Shown here piece by piece: positions 28,527-39,517 of a stretch of 64,000 nt of DNA. A program made the translations under genes and the position numbers. Position 1 is the stretch's first letter, and the number at the start of each line of letters is the position of its first letter. The notes beneath the pieces were generated by a model that was given only the letters and a program-made list of their open reading frames with translations, ran no database searches and was not told where the DNA came from. Source of the stretch: Bacilli bacterium (GTDB lineage Bacteria > Bacillota_I > Bacilli_A > RF39 > UBA660); assembly GCA_030602345.1 (NCBI GenBank), contig JAUVZX010000002.1, forward strand, positions 71,049 through 135,048. Reading direction: 5' to 3'.

Positions 28527-29375
28527 ATGTTAAAAAAAATATTGACTTTATTGTTATTGATTTTATTTGTTAATGGATGTGGATCGGGCGCAAACCAAAA
28601 AAATACTGAAAATGTAAAGCAAGAAGAGAAATATGATAAATTAGTAATAAAAACAAAGGTGACTAACAAAGAAGAAAACGGTGGTTACTTAGTTTATTTT
28701 ATGCATGTAGGAGAAAGAAGAGAAGAAGCTGGAGAAGCTAATCAATCAGCTTTTGGACCTTTTGAAACAGACGATAATGGTGAATATATCTTGGATTTAA
28801 AATTTAATTTTAATAATGATATTGGGACATACTTAAAAAGTGGTGAAGGTAAAGAAAAAAATAAATTAGAAATGTTCATTGTAACTAGAGAAGACATTTA
28901 TATTCGTAATCCATTAAACAAAAAAACAATTGTAGAATTTATTCCTAATGAAACCGATGAACCTTATCCGGATTATTCATATTATTCTAAGAAAAAAGAA
29001 ATCGAAGTTTCCATTACAGATAAATATCCAGAAGGAGTATTATCACTGACTTTTCAAGATTCTATATTTGTTATAAAATTAGCATTTGATGAAGAAATCC
29101 CTCAAAAATCCTATGAAGTTTCTATTTTTTGGAGTGATCCAAGTAAACCAAGCGGAATTGGAACAATTCGTGTGGGAAGAATTAGTAGAGCATTTCAATA
29201 TTGGGATACTCCATTCTATAAATCAGATAATTTAGCAAGTAAGACAGGTACAATAATAATAAAAGATTTTGATACGAATGAAACTGTAGAATATGAAGAC
29301 TATCCAAAAACAGTGTCTTTTGATAAGGATGGAAATCCTATAGGGGATAAAGTACTTAAAATAAAATTAAGATAA
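28527..29375 (+). CDS. Putative lipoprotein
   Basis: Signal peptide with lipobox LLLILFVNGCGSG; 282 aa; no enzymatic motif. Confidence 0.5.
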   Translation: MLKKILTLLLLILFVNGCGSGANQKNTENVKQEEKYDKLVIKTKVTNKEENGGYLVYFMHVGERREEAGEANQSAFGPFETDDNGEYILDLKFNFNNDIGTYLKSGEGKEKNKLEMFIVTREDIYIRNPLNKKTIVEFIPNETDEPYPDYSYYSKKKEIEVSITDKYPEGVLSLTFQDSIFVIKLAFDEEIPQKSYEVSIFWSDPSKPSGIGTIRVGRISRAFQYWDTPFYKSDNLASKTGTIIIKDFDTNETVEYEDYPKTVSFDKDGNPIGDKVLKIKLR

Positions 29376-29395
29376 TGTTTCGATTGGTTTCGCGA

Positions 29396-29422
29396 CTATT
29401 GGAAGCTTGCCTCATATAAAAT
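29396..29422. repeat. 27-bp repeated motif (copy 2) followed by a terminator
   Basis: CTATTGGAAGCTTGCCTCATATAAAAT, then hairpin GTGAAACGAATTTATAAATGAGTTCGTTTTTTTAT. Confidence 0.5.
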
Positions 29423-29494
29423 AAAGTGAAACGAATTTATAAATGAGTTCGTTTTTTTATTCAAATGATATATAATTAAAACATAGGAGAGAAT

Positions 29495-29740
29495 ATGAAA
29501 AAAATCAAAATGCACAATTTATATAAAATATCATCAATATTAATATTGATTATGGGATTGATATTTACCTATTTTGTTGCAGATAGTGAAGACGCACCGG
29601 GATTTATTTTTTTGGGAACACCAGTAACGATTTTTTTAAGTTTATTTTTGTTTGAATTAGGAAATTTAATAAAATATATAGAACTACAAAATCAATTGCT
29701 GTTAGATATTTATAAAGAGATAAAAAACAAAATGAAGTAA
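29495..29740 (+). CDS. Small membrane protein, hypothetical
   Basis: 81 aa with two hydrophobic segments; GGAGAG RBS. Confidence 0.3.
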   Translation: MKKIKMHNLYKISSILILIMGLIFTYFVADSEDAPGFIFLGTPVTIFLSLFLFELGNLIKYIELQNQLLLDIYKEIKNKMK

Positions 29741-29770
29741 CCTGTTGCTAAAAATAAGATAAGGAGTATC

Positions 29771-30448
29771 ATGTATAAAATATATAAAAATAAAGATGAG
29801 ATGATTGAACTATTTGAAGATGAACGTTCTTCAATAAAGAAGAGTAATTCTATAACAACGGCATATATTAATTTGGATAGTAAAAATAGGTTTATTAAAT
29901 ATTTTCTTATTTTTATAATATTAATAGTAATTATAAAAATATTATTTGGAGAAATTAATTTATATAGTCCTTTAAAAACATTTAATAGTAAATATCATCA
30001 AGTAAAAGTTAATGCTCAAATAGTTAATATTGGAGTAGAGGAAAAAAATAAGATAGTATTGATTCCCTTTTTGGTAAATATTCATTCATTTTCTTTTGAT
30101 TACTTTTATCACAAGGATATTTCTTCTAATGAATTAGTTTTTGAATTAAATGAAAAAATACTTCTTAATGTTGAATCATTTAATTGTGCTTTTAATGTTA
30201 ATAATATTAATTATAAAGTTTCTTGTAATGGCGAAAACTTTAATTTAGCAACAAAAAGCTTATTCTCTGATATAAGTTATAAAATAATGATAAAAAGAAC
30301 TAATAAGGGTGAAACTATTAAATACGATGGTCAATTTAAAGAAGATATAAGTGATTATTTTGATGAAAAAGGTGGATACTTAGTTAGAGTAATTGCTAGC
30401 TATAATAATGTTGATAGTAATATATATTTTTGGGTAAGAATAATATAA
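29771..30448 (+). CDS. Hypothetical membrane-anchored protein
   Basis: 225 aa with a single TM segment (YFLIFIILIVIIKILF); no motif. Confidence 0.3.
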   Translation: MYKIYKNKDEMIELFEDERSSIKKSNSITTAYINLDSKNRFIKYFLIFIILIVIIKILFGEINLYSPLKTFNSKYHQVKVNAQIVNIGVEEKNKIVLIPFLVNIHSFSFDYFYHKDISSNELVFELNEKILLNVESFNCAFNVNNINYKVSCNGENFNLATKSLFSDISYKIMIKRTNKGETIKYDGQFKEDISDYFDEKGGYLVRVIASYNNVDSNIYFWVRII

Positions 30449-30480
30449 AAAGATGCTTATTAAGCATCTTTTGTTTTTAA
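30449..30480. terminator. Bidirectional terminator between convergent genes
   Basis: AAAGATGCTTATTAAGCATCTTTTGTTTTT is a perfect hairpin with flanking A/T runs, placed between the 29771 gene (+) and pflA (-). Confidence 0.6.
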
Positions 30481-31161
30481 TAAATCTTCTAATTCTTTAA
30501 TTCTATTTAGATTCATATCTTTCATATCTTTTAGTTTATAATCAATATTTAACTTTTTATATTTATCATTAGCAAGACTATGATATGGTAAGAGTTCTAT
30601 TTTTTCAACATTTTTAATATTTTTAATTTTTTCTTTTAATTTTAATATATGTGCCTCATTGTCGTTTATACCGGGCATAATAACGTGCCTTATCCATATT
30701 TTAGTGTTTAGTCTTTGACATGTATCTAGAAAGTCATTATTTATAACTTTACTTGTAATATATTTCTCATCAGCATCATTTATGCCTTTAATATCAAGTA
30801 ATACTAAATCAGTATATTTTAATAATTCCTCGTGTTTTCCTTGATAGCCTGAAGTATCTAAGCATGTATGAATGTTATTTTTTTTGCATTCTTTAAATAA
30901 TTCTGTTACAAATGCACTTTGTAATAAAGGCTCACCACCTGAGACGGTTATTCCTCCTTTTTCGCCAAAGTAATCTTTATATTTTAAAATATTAGTCATT
31001 AATTCTGATACAGTCATTAATTTGTTTTCTTTTATATTCCAAGTTTCTGGATTATGACAATAAATACATCTTAATGGACAACCTTGCAAGAATATTACGT
31101 ATCTAACGCCCGGTCCATCAAGTAGACCTGCTGTTTCGATTGAGTTTATATTTCCGAGCAT
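30460..31161 (-). CDS. pflA: Pyruvate formate-lyase activating enzyme (radical SAM)
   Basis: GPGVRYVIFLQGCPLRCIYCHNPETW is the CxxxCxxC radical-SAM motif of the PFL activase. Confidence 0.85.
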   Translation of the reverse strand: MLGNINSIETAGLLDGPGVRYVIFLQGCPLRCIYCHNPETWNIKENKLMTVSELMTNILKYKDYFGEKGGITVSGGEPLLQSAFVTELFKECKKNNIHTCLDTSGYQGKHEELLKYTDLVLLDIKGINDADEKYITSKVINNDFLDTCQRLNTKIWIRHVIMPGINDNEAHILKLKEKIKNIKNVEKIELLPYHSLANDKYKKLNIDYKLKDMKDMNLNRIKELEDLLKTKDA

Positions 31162-33369
31162 TATAATTCTCCATGGAAAGTTCTATTTATTACTTCTAAT
31201 TGTTGTTCTTTACTTAGTCTATTAAATAAGACAGCATAACCAGAAACTCTTATAGTCAAAGAAGGATACTTGTCTTTATTATTCATGGCATCAATTAATG
31301 TTTCTTTGTTGAAAACATTAACATTTAAATGGTGTCCTCCTTTTTTGAAATAACCATCTAAAATATTAACTAGATTTTCTTTTTGTGTTTCTAAGTTTTT
31401 ACCTAAAGTATCAGGTATGATTGAAAAAGTATTAGATACTCCATCTTCGCAAACATCTTTATATGGGATCTTAGCGACCGAATTAAGCGATGCTAATGCA
31501 CCATTTGTGTCTCTACCGTGCATTGGGTTAGCTCCTGGTGCAAACGCTTCATAAGCTTTTCTCCCGTCTGGAGTAGAGCCTGTTTTTTTTACCATAAACT
31601 ATGTTTGAGGTTATAGTTAATATTGAAAGTGTATGATAGGCATTTTTATATAATTTGTGTTTTTTAAGTTCGCTTGATAATTTTTTAACTATATCAACTG
31701 CAATTAAATCAACTTTATCATCATCATTCCCATATTTTGGATAATCACCCTCAATTATATAATCAATAACTAAATTATTTTCATCTCTAATGGTTTTAAC
31801 TTTAGAGTGTTTAATTGCTGATAAAGAGTCTGCTGTAACAGATAATCCTGCTGCACCGAATGCCATTAAATGTTTTACGTTGGAATCATGCAAAGCCATT
31901 TCGATTCTTTCATAAGCATACTTATCGTGCATATAATGTATTATGTTCATTGCATCAACGTATGTTTTGGCAGACTTTTCTAAGACTAAATGATAATTTT
32001 TTAAAACTTCATCATATTCTAAATATTCAGATTCTATTTTAGAAATTCCTTCTATGACCAATTCTTTAGTCAATTCGTCATATCCGCCGTTTATTGCATA
32101 TAATAAGGCTTTAGCAATGTTCATTCTAGCTCCAAAAAATTGCATTTGCTTTCCTAGTGTCATTGCTGAAACACAACATGCTATTGCATAATCGTTACCA
32201 TACATTGGTCTCATTAAATCATCATTTTCATATTGAATAGCATCTGTTTTGATTGATATATAAGAACAATATTTTTTAAAGTTTTCTGGTAAATTTACAG
32301 ACCATAAAACAGTCATATTTGGTTCAGGGGCAGGTCCTAAGTTAATTAATGTATTTAAATATCGATAGGTGCTTTTAGTTACTAAAGATCTCTTTTCATC
32401 AATCATTCCGCCTAAAGATTCAGTTACCCAAGTTGGATCTCCTGCAAAAAGTTCATTATAATCCGGCGTTCTTAAGTGTCTAACCAATCTTAACTTAATA
32501 ATAAATTGATCAATTATTTCTTGAGCTTCTTCTTCGTTTATTAAACCGTTTTCTAAATCTTTTTCGATATAAATATCTAAGAATGTTGCTGTTCTTCCCA
32601 AACTCATGGCTGCTCCATTGCTTTCTTTAACTGATGCTAAGTAAGCAAAGTATAACCATTGAGTTGCTTCTTTAGCGTTAGTGGCTGGTTTGGAAATATC
32701 AAATCCATACGATAAAGCCATATCTTGAGTTTCTTTTAAAGCTTTAATTTGTTCGTTAATTTCTTCTCTTAATCGTATTGTTTCTTCATTTATATCAATT
32801 AAATTTTTTAAATCATCTTTCTTTTGTTGAATTAAAAAATCAATTCCATATAATGCAACTCTTCTAAAGTCTCCAATAATTCTTCCTCGACCATACGCAT
32901 CAGGAAGGCCGGTTATTAAACCACTTTTACGAGCCTTTTTTATTTCGTTTGTGTAAGCATCAAATACGCCGTCATTGTGATTCTTTCTATATTGTTCGAA
33001 TTTTTTAGAAACATCCTCATTCATTTTATAGCCATAAGCATTTAAAGCACTATAAACCATTTTTATTCCACCATAAGGATTAATAATTCTTTTTAATGGT
33101 TCATCTGTTTGCAAACCAAAGATAACCTCATTATCTTTATCAATATAACCAGGTTTATAATTATTAATTCCTGCAATATTATCAGTATCAACATCTAATA
33201 TTCCTTTATCTAATTCTTTTTCTAATAATTCTTTACTTTTTGTCCAAACATAATTTGTTTTTACGGATGGTCCTACTAAAAAAGACTCATCGCCTTTATA
33301 TTCATGATAGTTATTTAATATAAAGTCTTCTACATTGATTTCTTCTTTCCATTTAATTCCTTTAAACAT
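31161..33369 (-). pseudogene. pflB: Formate C-acetyltransferase (pyruvate formate-lyase), reading frame interrupted by a +1 frameshift in an A8 tract
   Basis: The 606-aa N-terminal ORF carries the catalytic CC ([11 protein letters not shown]). The 144-aa C-terminal ORF carries the glycyl-radical motif RVSGYAV. The frames switch within AAAAAAAA (the + strand T8 at 31583-31590), and seven A would restore [10 protein letters not shown]. This could equally be a homopolymer sequencing error. Confidence 0.6.
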
Positions 33370-33555
33370 GTTTCATTCCTCCTATCATCTAAAATAGTAT
33401 AGCATGTATATATAAATAAAAGATATATTTTATACAAATTTTCAATGTCTTTTACAAACGTTTTCCATATAATATTTTTATTATAATGATAGTTAATTTT
33501 TAATGAAAATAAATTTTAAAACAACAAAAAAAGATGCTTTAGCACCTTTGAATTG

Positions 33556-35136
33556 TTATTTTTTTGCTTTTTCTGCACGAATTATTCGATCATTAAATTT
33601 CTTATTTTGAATCTTAGTTAAAAATTCATCAGCATGTTCATTAGCAACGTTTAAGAAGGTAAATTTAGTTAATACTTCTATATTACTAAAATGATCTTTA
33701 TTAATTTGTGTTTCTTTTTTTATGAAATCGATTAGGCTTCCTGCTTTTATATTGTCCATTTTACCGATTGTTAAGAAAACTCTGGTTGAATTTTTATTGA
33801 ATTTTTTGTGTCCTTGTTCGACTTTTATTTCTTTAGTAAAATCAGAGCCAATTTCTTTTTCAAAGACATTTTTAAGTAGAGCTGCACTAAATTTTATTAA
33901 ATCATCTTTATTTAAATCTCTTACATATTTGATGTATGGTTCATACTCTTTATTATTAATAGCATCATTAACTCTTTCAATAATTTTTTGATGCTTACTA
34001 TTTATAATGTCATCGTTATTTGGGAGTTCAGATTGAATAATTTTACTATTAGTAACTCTTTCGATATCTGCTAGCATTCTTAATTCTCTATTATTAACTA
34101 ATGTTATTGCGTATCCTTCGTTTTGAGCTCTTCCTGTTCTTCCGATTCTATGAATATATGATTCTATTTCTTGAGGTAAATTATAATTAATTACACAAGT
34201 GATATTATCAACGTGTAATCCTCTTGCTGCAACATCAGTTGCAATTAAGAATTTATATTCTTTATTTTTAAATCTTTCTAATCTTTTAATTCTCATAGTT
34301 TGTGTAATATCACCATGGATAGCCTCAACACTATAATTTCTTTTAGCCATTTCAGCTGTTAATTGATCTACTTCTCTTTTTGTTTGGCAAAATATTATGG
34401 CGCTATCAGGATCTCTTGCATCTAAAATTCTGCATAAAGATTCGTCTCTTTGTTTTTCATTTATTACATAATAATATTGCTTAACATTTTTAGCAGTTTT
34501 AGTTTCAGATTTAATTGTAATATGAACATAATCTTTTTTCATATATTTTTCAGCTAAAGTTTTAATTTGTCTAGGCATAGTAGCAGAAAAAAGTAATACT
34601 TGTTTTTCAGCTTTAGTTTTTTCGAATATAAATTCAATGTCTTCTAAAAATCCCATATTAAGCATTTCATCTGCTTCATCTAATACAAAGAAACTAATGT
34701 TATCTATCTTTAAAACGTGTCTATTCATCAAATCCATTACTCTTCCGGGAGTCCCAACAACTATGTCCACTCCTTTTCTTAGGCTTCTAATTTGATTTTC
34801 AATGCTTGATCCTCCATAAACTGGAATTATATCGAAGCTTGATGAATTGTTTAATGTATTAAACTCTTCACACACTTGAATTGCTAATTCTCTAGTAGGA
34901 GTCAAAATGATTGATTTTATTCCTTTTTCTTTAGGATTAATTTTAGATAAAATACTTGCTGCAAAAGCAAGTGTTTTTCCTGTTCCTGTTTGTGCTTGTC
35001 CAATAACGTCTTTTCCGTTTAATATTTCAGGTATTATTTCAACTTGAATTGGACTAGGTGTTTCATAACCTAATTTAGCTATAGATTTTAAGACTTTTTC
35101 ATCTAATCCTAAATCTTTAAATTTAATATTTTCCAT
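33556..35136 (-). CDS. cshA: DEAD-box ATP-dependent RNA helicase
   Basis: Q-motif, AQTGTGKT, PTRELA, DEAD (VLDEADEM), SAT and HRIGRTGRA motifs; C-terminal extension. Confidence 0.85.
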   Translation of the reverse strand: MENIKFKDLGLDEKVLKSIAKLGYETPSPIQVEIIPEILNGKDVIGQAQTGTGKTLAFAASILSKINPKEKGIKSIILTPTRELAIQVCEEFNTLNNSSSFDIIPVYGGSSIENQIRSLRKGVDIVVGTPGRVMDLMNRHVLKIDNISFFVLDEADEMLNMGFLEDIEFIFEKTKAEKQVLLFSATMPRQIKTLAEKYMKKDYVHITIKSETKTAKNVKQYYYVINEKQRDESLCRILDARDPDSAIIFCQTKREVDQLTAEMAKRNYSVEAIHGDITQTMRIKRLERFKNKEYKFLIATDVAARGLHVDNITCVINYNLPQEIESYIHRIGRTGRAQNEGYAITLVNNRELRMLADIERVTNSKIIQSELPNNDDIINSKHQKIIERVNDAINNKEYEPYIKYVRDLNKDDLIKFSAALLKNVFEKEIGSDFTKEIKVEQGHKKFNKNSTRVFLTIGKMDNIKAGSLIDFIKKETQINKDHFSNIEVLTKFTFLNVANEHADEFLTKIQNKKFNDRIIRAEKAKK

Positions 35137-35223
35137 AAGTTCCTCTTTTCAACTAGTCAATTATACTAGAGTTGTCTTAAAAGTGCAACTAGTACTTTTT
35201 TGATAAATAAAATGTCTGAAAAA

Positions 35224-36246
35224 TTACTTTAATTCAAATACAATCGTTCCCTTATTATCTTTTGATTCTATCTTCGCTAATGCGCCATTAATAAGCGTTA
35301 ACTGAGGTGGTTTATGACCTATATCAGCATTTATTATAATAGGTACATTTAAATCACTTAAACTTTCTTTGATAGCATCCTTAAAAGAAATATCATAGTA
35401 GCTTTCTTCAATTGTACTTCTTCCAAATATAATACCTTTAGTATATTTAAACCAACCGGCATTTTTTAATTGCCACATAGCTAAAATTAGTTTTTCGCTT
35501 GTTAGGCCGAAGTTATCGAAATACCAAATGATACCGTCTTCTTTATATTTTTCTAAAAAAATGGCAGTATTATCAAATTTAGTACCGATTAAATTAAGAA
35601 GCACGTCTAAACAACCTCCGATTAATCTACCTTCCATTTTGATAAAATTTTCATCATTTAAATTTTCCCATTTGACTCTTTTTGTTAAATTAAAACCTTC
35701 ATCACCATTTATTGATTTAATTCTTTCTTCTTCAAACATTTCAAAACTACTTTGTTCCAGCACTTTTCCTTCCAATAAAGACATATTATTTAAAAGTGAA
35801 GGATGCCATTTTTTCATTGAGAAAGTTTTAAAATTATTTGAATATATTGTTGCAATATCAAGGTTAGTAGTAATTATAAACAATAAAGATGTGGGATCTG
35901 AATATCCTTGAATCCATTTGGGATTATTTTTAATTATATTAAAATCTATCTTATCAATTATTTCTAATAAAAAATCTCCTCCCGAAAGGCATATTATCAA
36001 TTCGACTTCTTCATTAATAAATAAATCTTCAAGTTGTTTTTTTCTTTCTTCAATTGAAGAACTTCTACCATTAAAACTGGTTTTGCAATTATCAGTTATT
36101 AAAATTTTATAATCTATTTTATTGAAATTATTAATCGCATTCTCTAATTTTAACAAATCAACGATATCAGAAGAGCCCCCGGAAGGAGCTGTAACACCAA
36201 TTATTTTATTCTTGATAAATTTTGGATAAAACATAATTACCTCCAA
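35224..36246 (-). CDS. LD-carboxypeptidase (peptidase S66 family)
   Basis: IQGYSDPTSLL matches the S66 G(Y/F)SD(x)T nucleophile motif; size is about 340 aa. Confidence 0.6.
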   Translation of the reverse strand: MEVIMFYPKFIKNKIIGVTAPSGGSSDIVDLLKLENAINNFNKIDYKILITDNCKTSFNGRSSSIEERKKQLEDLFINEEVELIICLSGGDFLLEIIDKIDFNIIKNNPKWIQGYSDPTSLLFIITTNLDIATIYSNNFKTFSMKKWHPSLLNNMSLLEGKVLEQSSFEMFEEERIKSINGDEGFNLTKRVKWENLNDENFIKMEGRLIGGCLDVLLNLIGTKFDNTAIFLEKYKEDGIIWYFDNFGLTSEKLILAMWQLKNAGWFKYTKGIIFGRSTIEESYYDISFKDAIKESLSDLNVPIIINADIGHKPPQLTLINGALAKIESKDNKGTIVFELK

Positions 36247-36352
36247 AACTATTATACATTTATTAGCATCAGTGATACAATATAAATGATAATATCAATT
36301 TAAATACTATAAAAAATAGAATAATTTAACTACATATACAACAGGAGGAAGC

Positions 36353-37597
36353 ATGTATACATTTAAAGAAATAGAAAATATATCAGAATATGAAAAATTT
36401 TGTCAAAATTTTAGTAAAGCCCCAATAATGCAAGATTATGCTTGGAGCAAAGTGAAAAACAATTTTGATTCAAAAATTTTAGGTTTATTTAAGAACAAAG
36501 AATTAGTAGCAGCCAGTTTAATTTTAATAAAGAATCTTCCTTTTGGCATAAAGGTATTTTATGCATCTAGAGGTTACTTGATTGATTTTGAAAATGAAGA
36601 ATTACTAGAAATTTTTACAAAAGAAATAAAAAAATATGCAGCTCAAAAAGGAGCATATTGTGTAAAAATAGATCCTTATGTTGCAATGAAAGAGGAAAGA
36701 ATCTATCCTTTAGAAGATGAAGAATATGATTTATATAGTAAAAACCATAAAATAATAATGGAAAACTTGAAAAATGCAGGATATATTCATAAAGGATATA
36801 AAAAAAACATATCTGCTTATTTGCAACCTCGTTTTACAATGACTGTTCCATTAGTAAATTCAAAAGAAGAATTTGTTAATGAAGAATATATTTTAAAAAC
36901 GATGAAGAAAAATGTAAGAGGATATTTGGGCGATTATCATTCAAAAAGGGGAGTATTTTTTTACCACACTTCAGATGTTTCTAAATTAGAGGACTTTGTT
37001 CAAATAATTAATAAAACAGAAGAGAGACAAAATGTAGCTTTAAGAAATTCAAAATATTTTGAAAGAATAATGAAATCTTTTGGTGAAAGAGCTATTTTGT
37101 TTTTTGCAGAAGTAGATTTAAAGAAATATCTAAATTTCATAAAAATGTCATTAGAAGAAAAAAATGCCAATATTGAATTTTTACAAGATCAACAAGAAAA
37201 AACAATAAAGCTAATTGAGGAAAGAGGAGATTCCGTAATTACCTCGGCAGCATTAGTTGTTTTACCTCCTAATAAAGAAGGAATCAAAATGGCAGAATTT
37301 TTATATGCAGGTAACGATGTTTCTTTACTGCCAAATCTAAAAATAAATAATGGACTTACTTATTATAGATTGTTATATTGTTTAGAAAATAATTATCATT
37401 ATGCAAATTTAGGTGGAGTTGATGGTTCTTTAGAAGATCATCTATCTGTATTTAAATCTAAATTTAATCCATTAGTAATTGAATTTATTGGGGAGTATGA
37501 TCTTCCTGTAAATAAAATTCTATATGTATTAATTTCAAATTTCGAACCATTTCTTAAAAAAATTTATTATAAATTAGCGAGAATCATTAAAAGGTAG
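36353..37597 (+). CDS. FemAB-family peptidoglycan interpeptide aminoacyltransferase
   Basis: 414 aa; the N-terminal MQDYAWSKVK...GLFKN...AASLILIK pattern is typical of FemX/FemAB. Confidence 0.65.
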   Translation: MYTFKEIENISEYEKFCQNFSKAPIMQDYAWSKVKNNFDSKILGLFKNKELVAASLILIKNLPFGIKVFYASRGYLIDFENEELLEIFTKEIKKYAAQKGAYCVKIDPYVAMKEERIYPLEDEEYDLYSKNHKIIMENLKNAGYIHKGYKKNISAYLQPRFTMTVPLVNSKEEFVNEEYILKTMKKNVRGYLGDYHSKRGVFFYHTSDVSKLEDFVQIINKTEERQNVALRNSKYFERIMKSFGERAILFFAEVDLKKYLNFIKMSLEEKNANIEFLQDQQEKTIKLIEERGDSVITSAALVVLPPNKEGIKMAEFLYAGNDVSLLPNLKINNGLTYYRLLYCLENNYHYANLGGVDGSLEDHLSVFKSKFNPLVIEFIGEYDLPVNKILYVLISNFEPFLKKIYYKLARIIKR

Positions 37598-37670
37598 AAT
37601 GTCATTTTCTACCTTTTATTTTTGAAAAAGATAGTAGTTTAAATATGATATAATTTAGTGGGTGATATAT

Positions 37671-38840
37671 ATGTATGATGTAGTGGTAATTGGCGGTGGT
37701 CCTAGTGGTGTTATGGCTTCAATAGTTTGTAGCGAAAGAGGACTAAAAACATTATTAATTGAAAAAAATAATGATATTTTAAATAAATTTAAGCTTACCG
37801 GTGGGGGAAGGTGTAATTTAACTAATAATTTAAAAAAACAAGATTTTCTTAGAGAAATTAATAATTCTTTATTTTTTAAGGATAGTTTTAATTCGTTTAG
37901 CAATTTTGATTTAAAAAAATATTTTGAAAAAAATAAAATTATTTTTAATTTAGAAGGTCACAAAGTATTTCCTAAAAGTGGTAAAAGTGTTGAACTTATT
38001 AATGTTTTAAAAGAAAAGTTAAACAATGTTAAAATAATTAATGAAGAAGTTATAAATATATCAAAAGAAGACTTATTTATAATAAAAACGAGGAGCACCA
38101 TCTTAAAAAGCAAAAATGTAATAATAGCTACGGGCGGAAAAAGTTATCCAATTACTGGATCAACAGGATTCGGTTATGATATAGCTAAAAAGTTTGGACA
38201 TAAAGTGACAGATTTATATCCCTCAGAGACATTTATATATGTTGAAAACACTGATGAATTATCAGGTATAAGTCTAGAAGTAACGGTTAAATACTTAAAT
38301 TATATTGAAAAGGGGCAAATACTATTTACTCATTTTGGAATGTCTGGGCCTTCTATTATGGATTTAAGTGAAAAGATAGCGAAGAACATAAAAAAAGAAA
38401 ATAGGTTAATAATTGATTTTTTACCAAATATGTCTTTTGAAAAAATTGAATCAGAATTTATTAAAGCTCCCGGTAATATTCAATTGAGTACATGGTTATC
38501 TAATTTTTTTCCAAAAAGATTGGCAAATTATTTTTTTGAAAAATTGCAAACTAAAAAAATGGCCACCATCTCTAAAAAACAAAGACAAGAAATTATTAAT
38601 AATCTAAAAAATTATATATTTATAGTAAAAGATGTTGGTTCAATAGAAAAAGCAATTGTAACTTCAGGTGGCATTGATTTAACAGAAATTGATTCTTTAA
38701 CTTTGGAGTCTAAAAAAGTTAAGGGACTATATTTTGTCGGCGAGGTTTTAGACCTTCACGGACCAATTGGAGGCTTTAATTTAACGATTGCATTTTCAAC
38801 TGGATATTTAGCAGCTTCTAGTATCCAATTGACAAAATAA
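37671..38840 (+). CDS. NAD(P)/FAD-dependent oxidoreductase (HI0933/BaiN family flavoprotein)
   Basis: YDVVVIGGGPSGVMASIV...GGGRCNLTN and C-terminal GGIDL...LYFVGEVLD are hallmarks of the HI0933 family. Confidence 0.7.
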   Translation: MYDVVVIGGGPSGVMASIVCSERGLKTLLIEKNNDILNKFKLTGGGRCNLTNNLKKQDFLREINNSLFFKDSFNSFSNFDLKKYFEKNKIIFNLEGHKVFPKSGKSVELINVLKEKLNNVKIINEEVINISKEDLFIIKTRSTILKSKNVIIATGGKSYPITGSTGFGYDIAKKFGHKVTDLYPSETFIYVENTDELSGISLEVTVKYLNYIEKGQILFTHFGMSGPSIMDLSEKIAKNIKKENRLIIDFLPNMSFEKIESEFIKAPGNIQLSTWLSNFFPKRLANYFFEKLQTKKMATISKKQRQEIINNLKNYIFIVKDVGSIEKAIVTSGGIDLTEIDSLTLESKKVKGLYFVGEVLDLHGPIGGFNLTIAFSTGYLAASSIQLTK

Positions 38841-38963
38841 CGAAAATATTGTATTATATATCCAGATTGTTCGAGTAGTCTATTAGACAAAATATCTTAT
38901 AAATGAAATTACAAAACGGATTTATTCGTTTTTTTGTTTCTCTACTCTTAGAAAGGAAAGATC

Positions 38964-39509
38964 ATGTTTAAAAAAAATAAGTTTAACTTGGATGAATATA
39001 TTGACTATAATTATGTCGAAAATGATGAGGCAATAATTTCTGTAAATATTCCGAAAGTAAGCTCTTTTTATAATGAATTTGATGCTGATAAATTGGCAAT
39101 ATCTGATGATATTACTGATTTTATCGATAGTAGAGTTAAAAATATTTCTACAGATTATGATATCGTTTTAGAGTTTATTGTTCCAAAGATAAGTAAGAAG
39201 GAACAAGAAAAGGTAAAAGACATAATAAAAGCCCACTATGGACTTTTGGCATCGTCAAAAAATCATATATTAAAAGTTAATAACTATAAAGCAATTATAT
39301 TACTTTTTGTAGGTTCATCATTGCTAGCTATTTCATATGTCTTTGATTCTTTTGGAATTTTAGGTAAAGAAATTTTAAGTATAGCAGGATGGGTAGCTGC
39401 TTGGGAAACTTTCAATACTATAATGGTTGACGCTATTGCAATAAAATCATCGAAGAGTATTTTAGATAGACTTTATAATGCAAAAATTATATTTACACAA
39501 AAAAAGTAA
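38964..39509 (+). CDS. Hypothetical protein with C-terminal TM region
   Basis: 181-aa ORF with no motif, followed by a terminator. Confidence 0.3.
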   Translation: MFKKNKFNLDEYIDYNYVENDEAIISVNIPKVSSFYNEFDADKLAISDDITDFIDSRVKNISTDYDIVLEFIVPKISKKEQEKVKDIIKAHYGLLASSKNHILKVNNYKAIILLFVGSSLLAISYVFDSFGILGKEILSIAGWVAAWETFNTIMVDAIAIKSSKSILDRLYNAKIIFTQKK

Positions 39510-39517
39510 TTAAATAA

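Noticed and set aside
31860-32042. 60-aa plus-strand ORF inside pflB
   Set aside because: It is antisense to a highly conserved pyruvate formate-lyase coding region.
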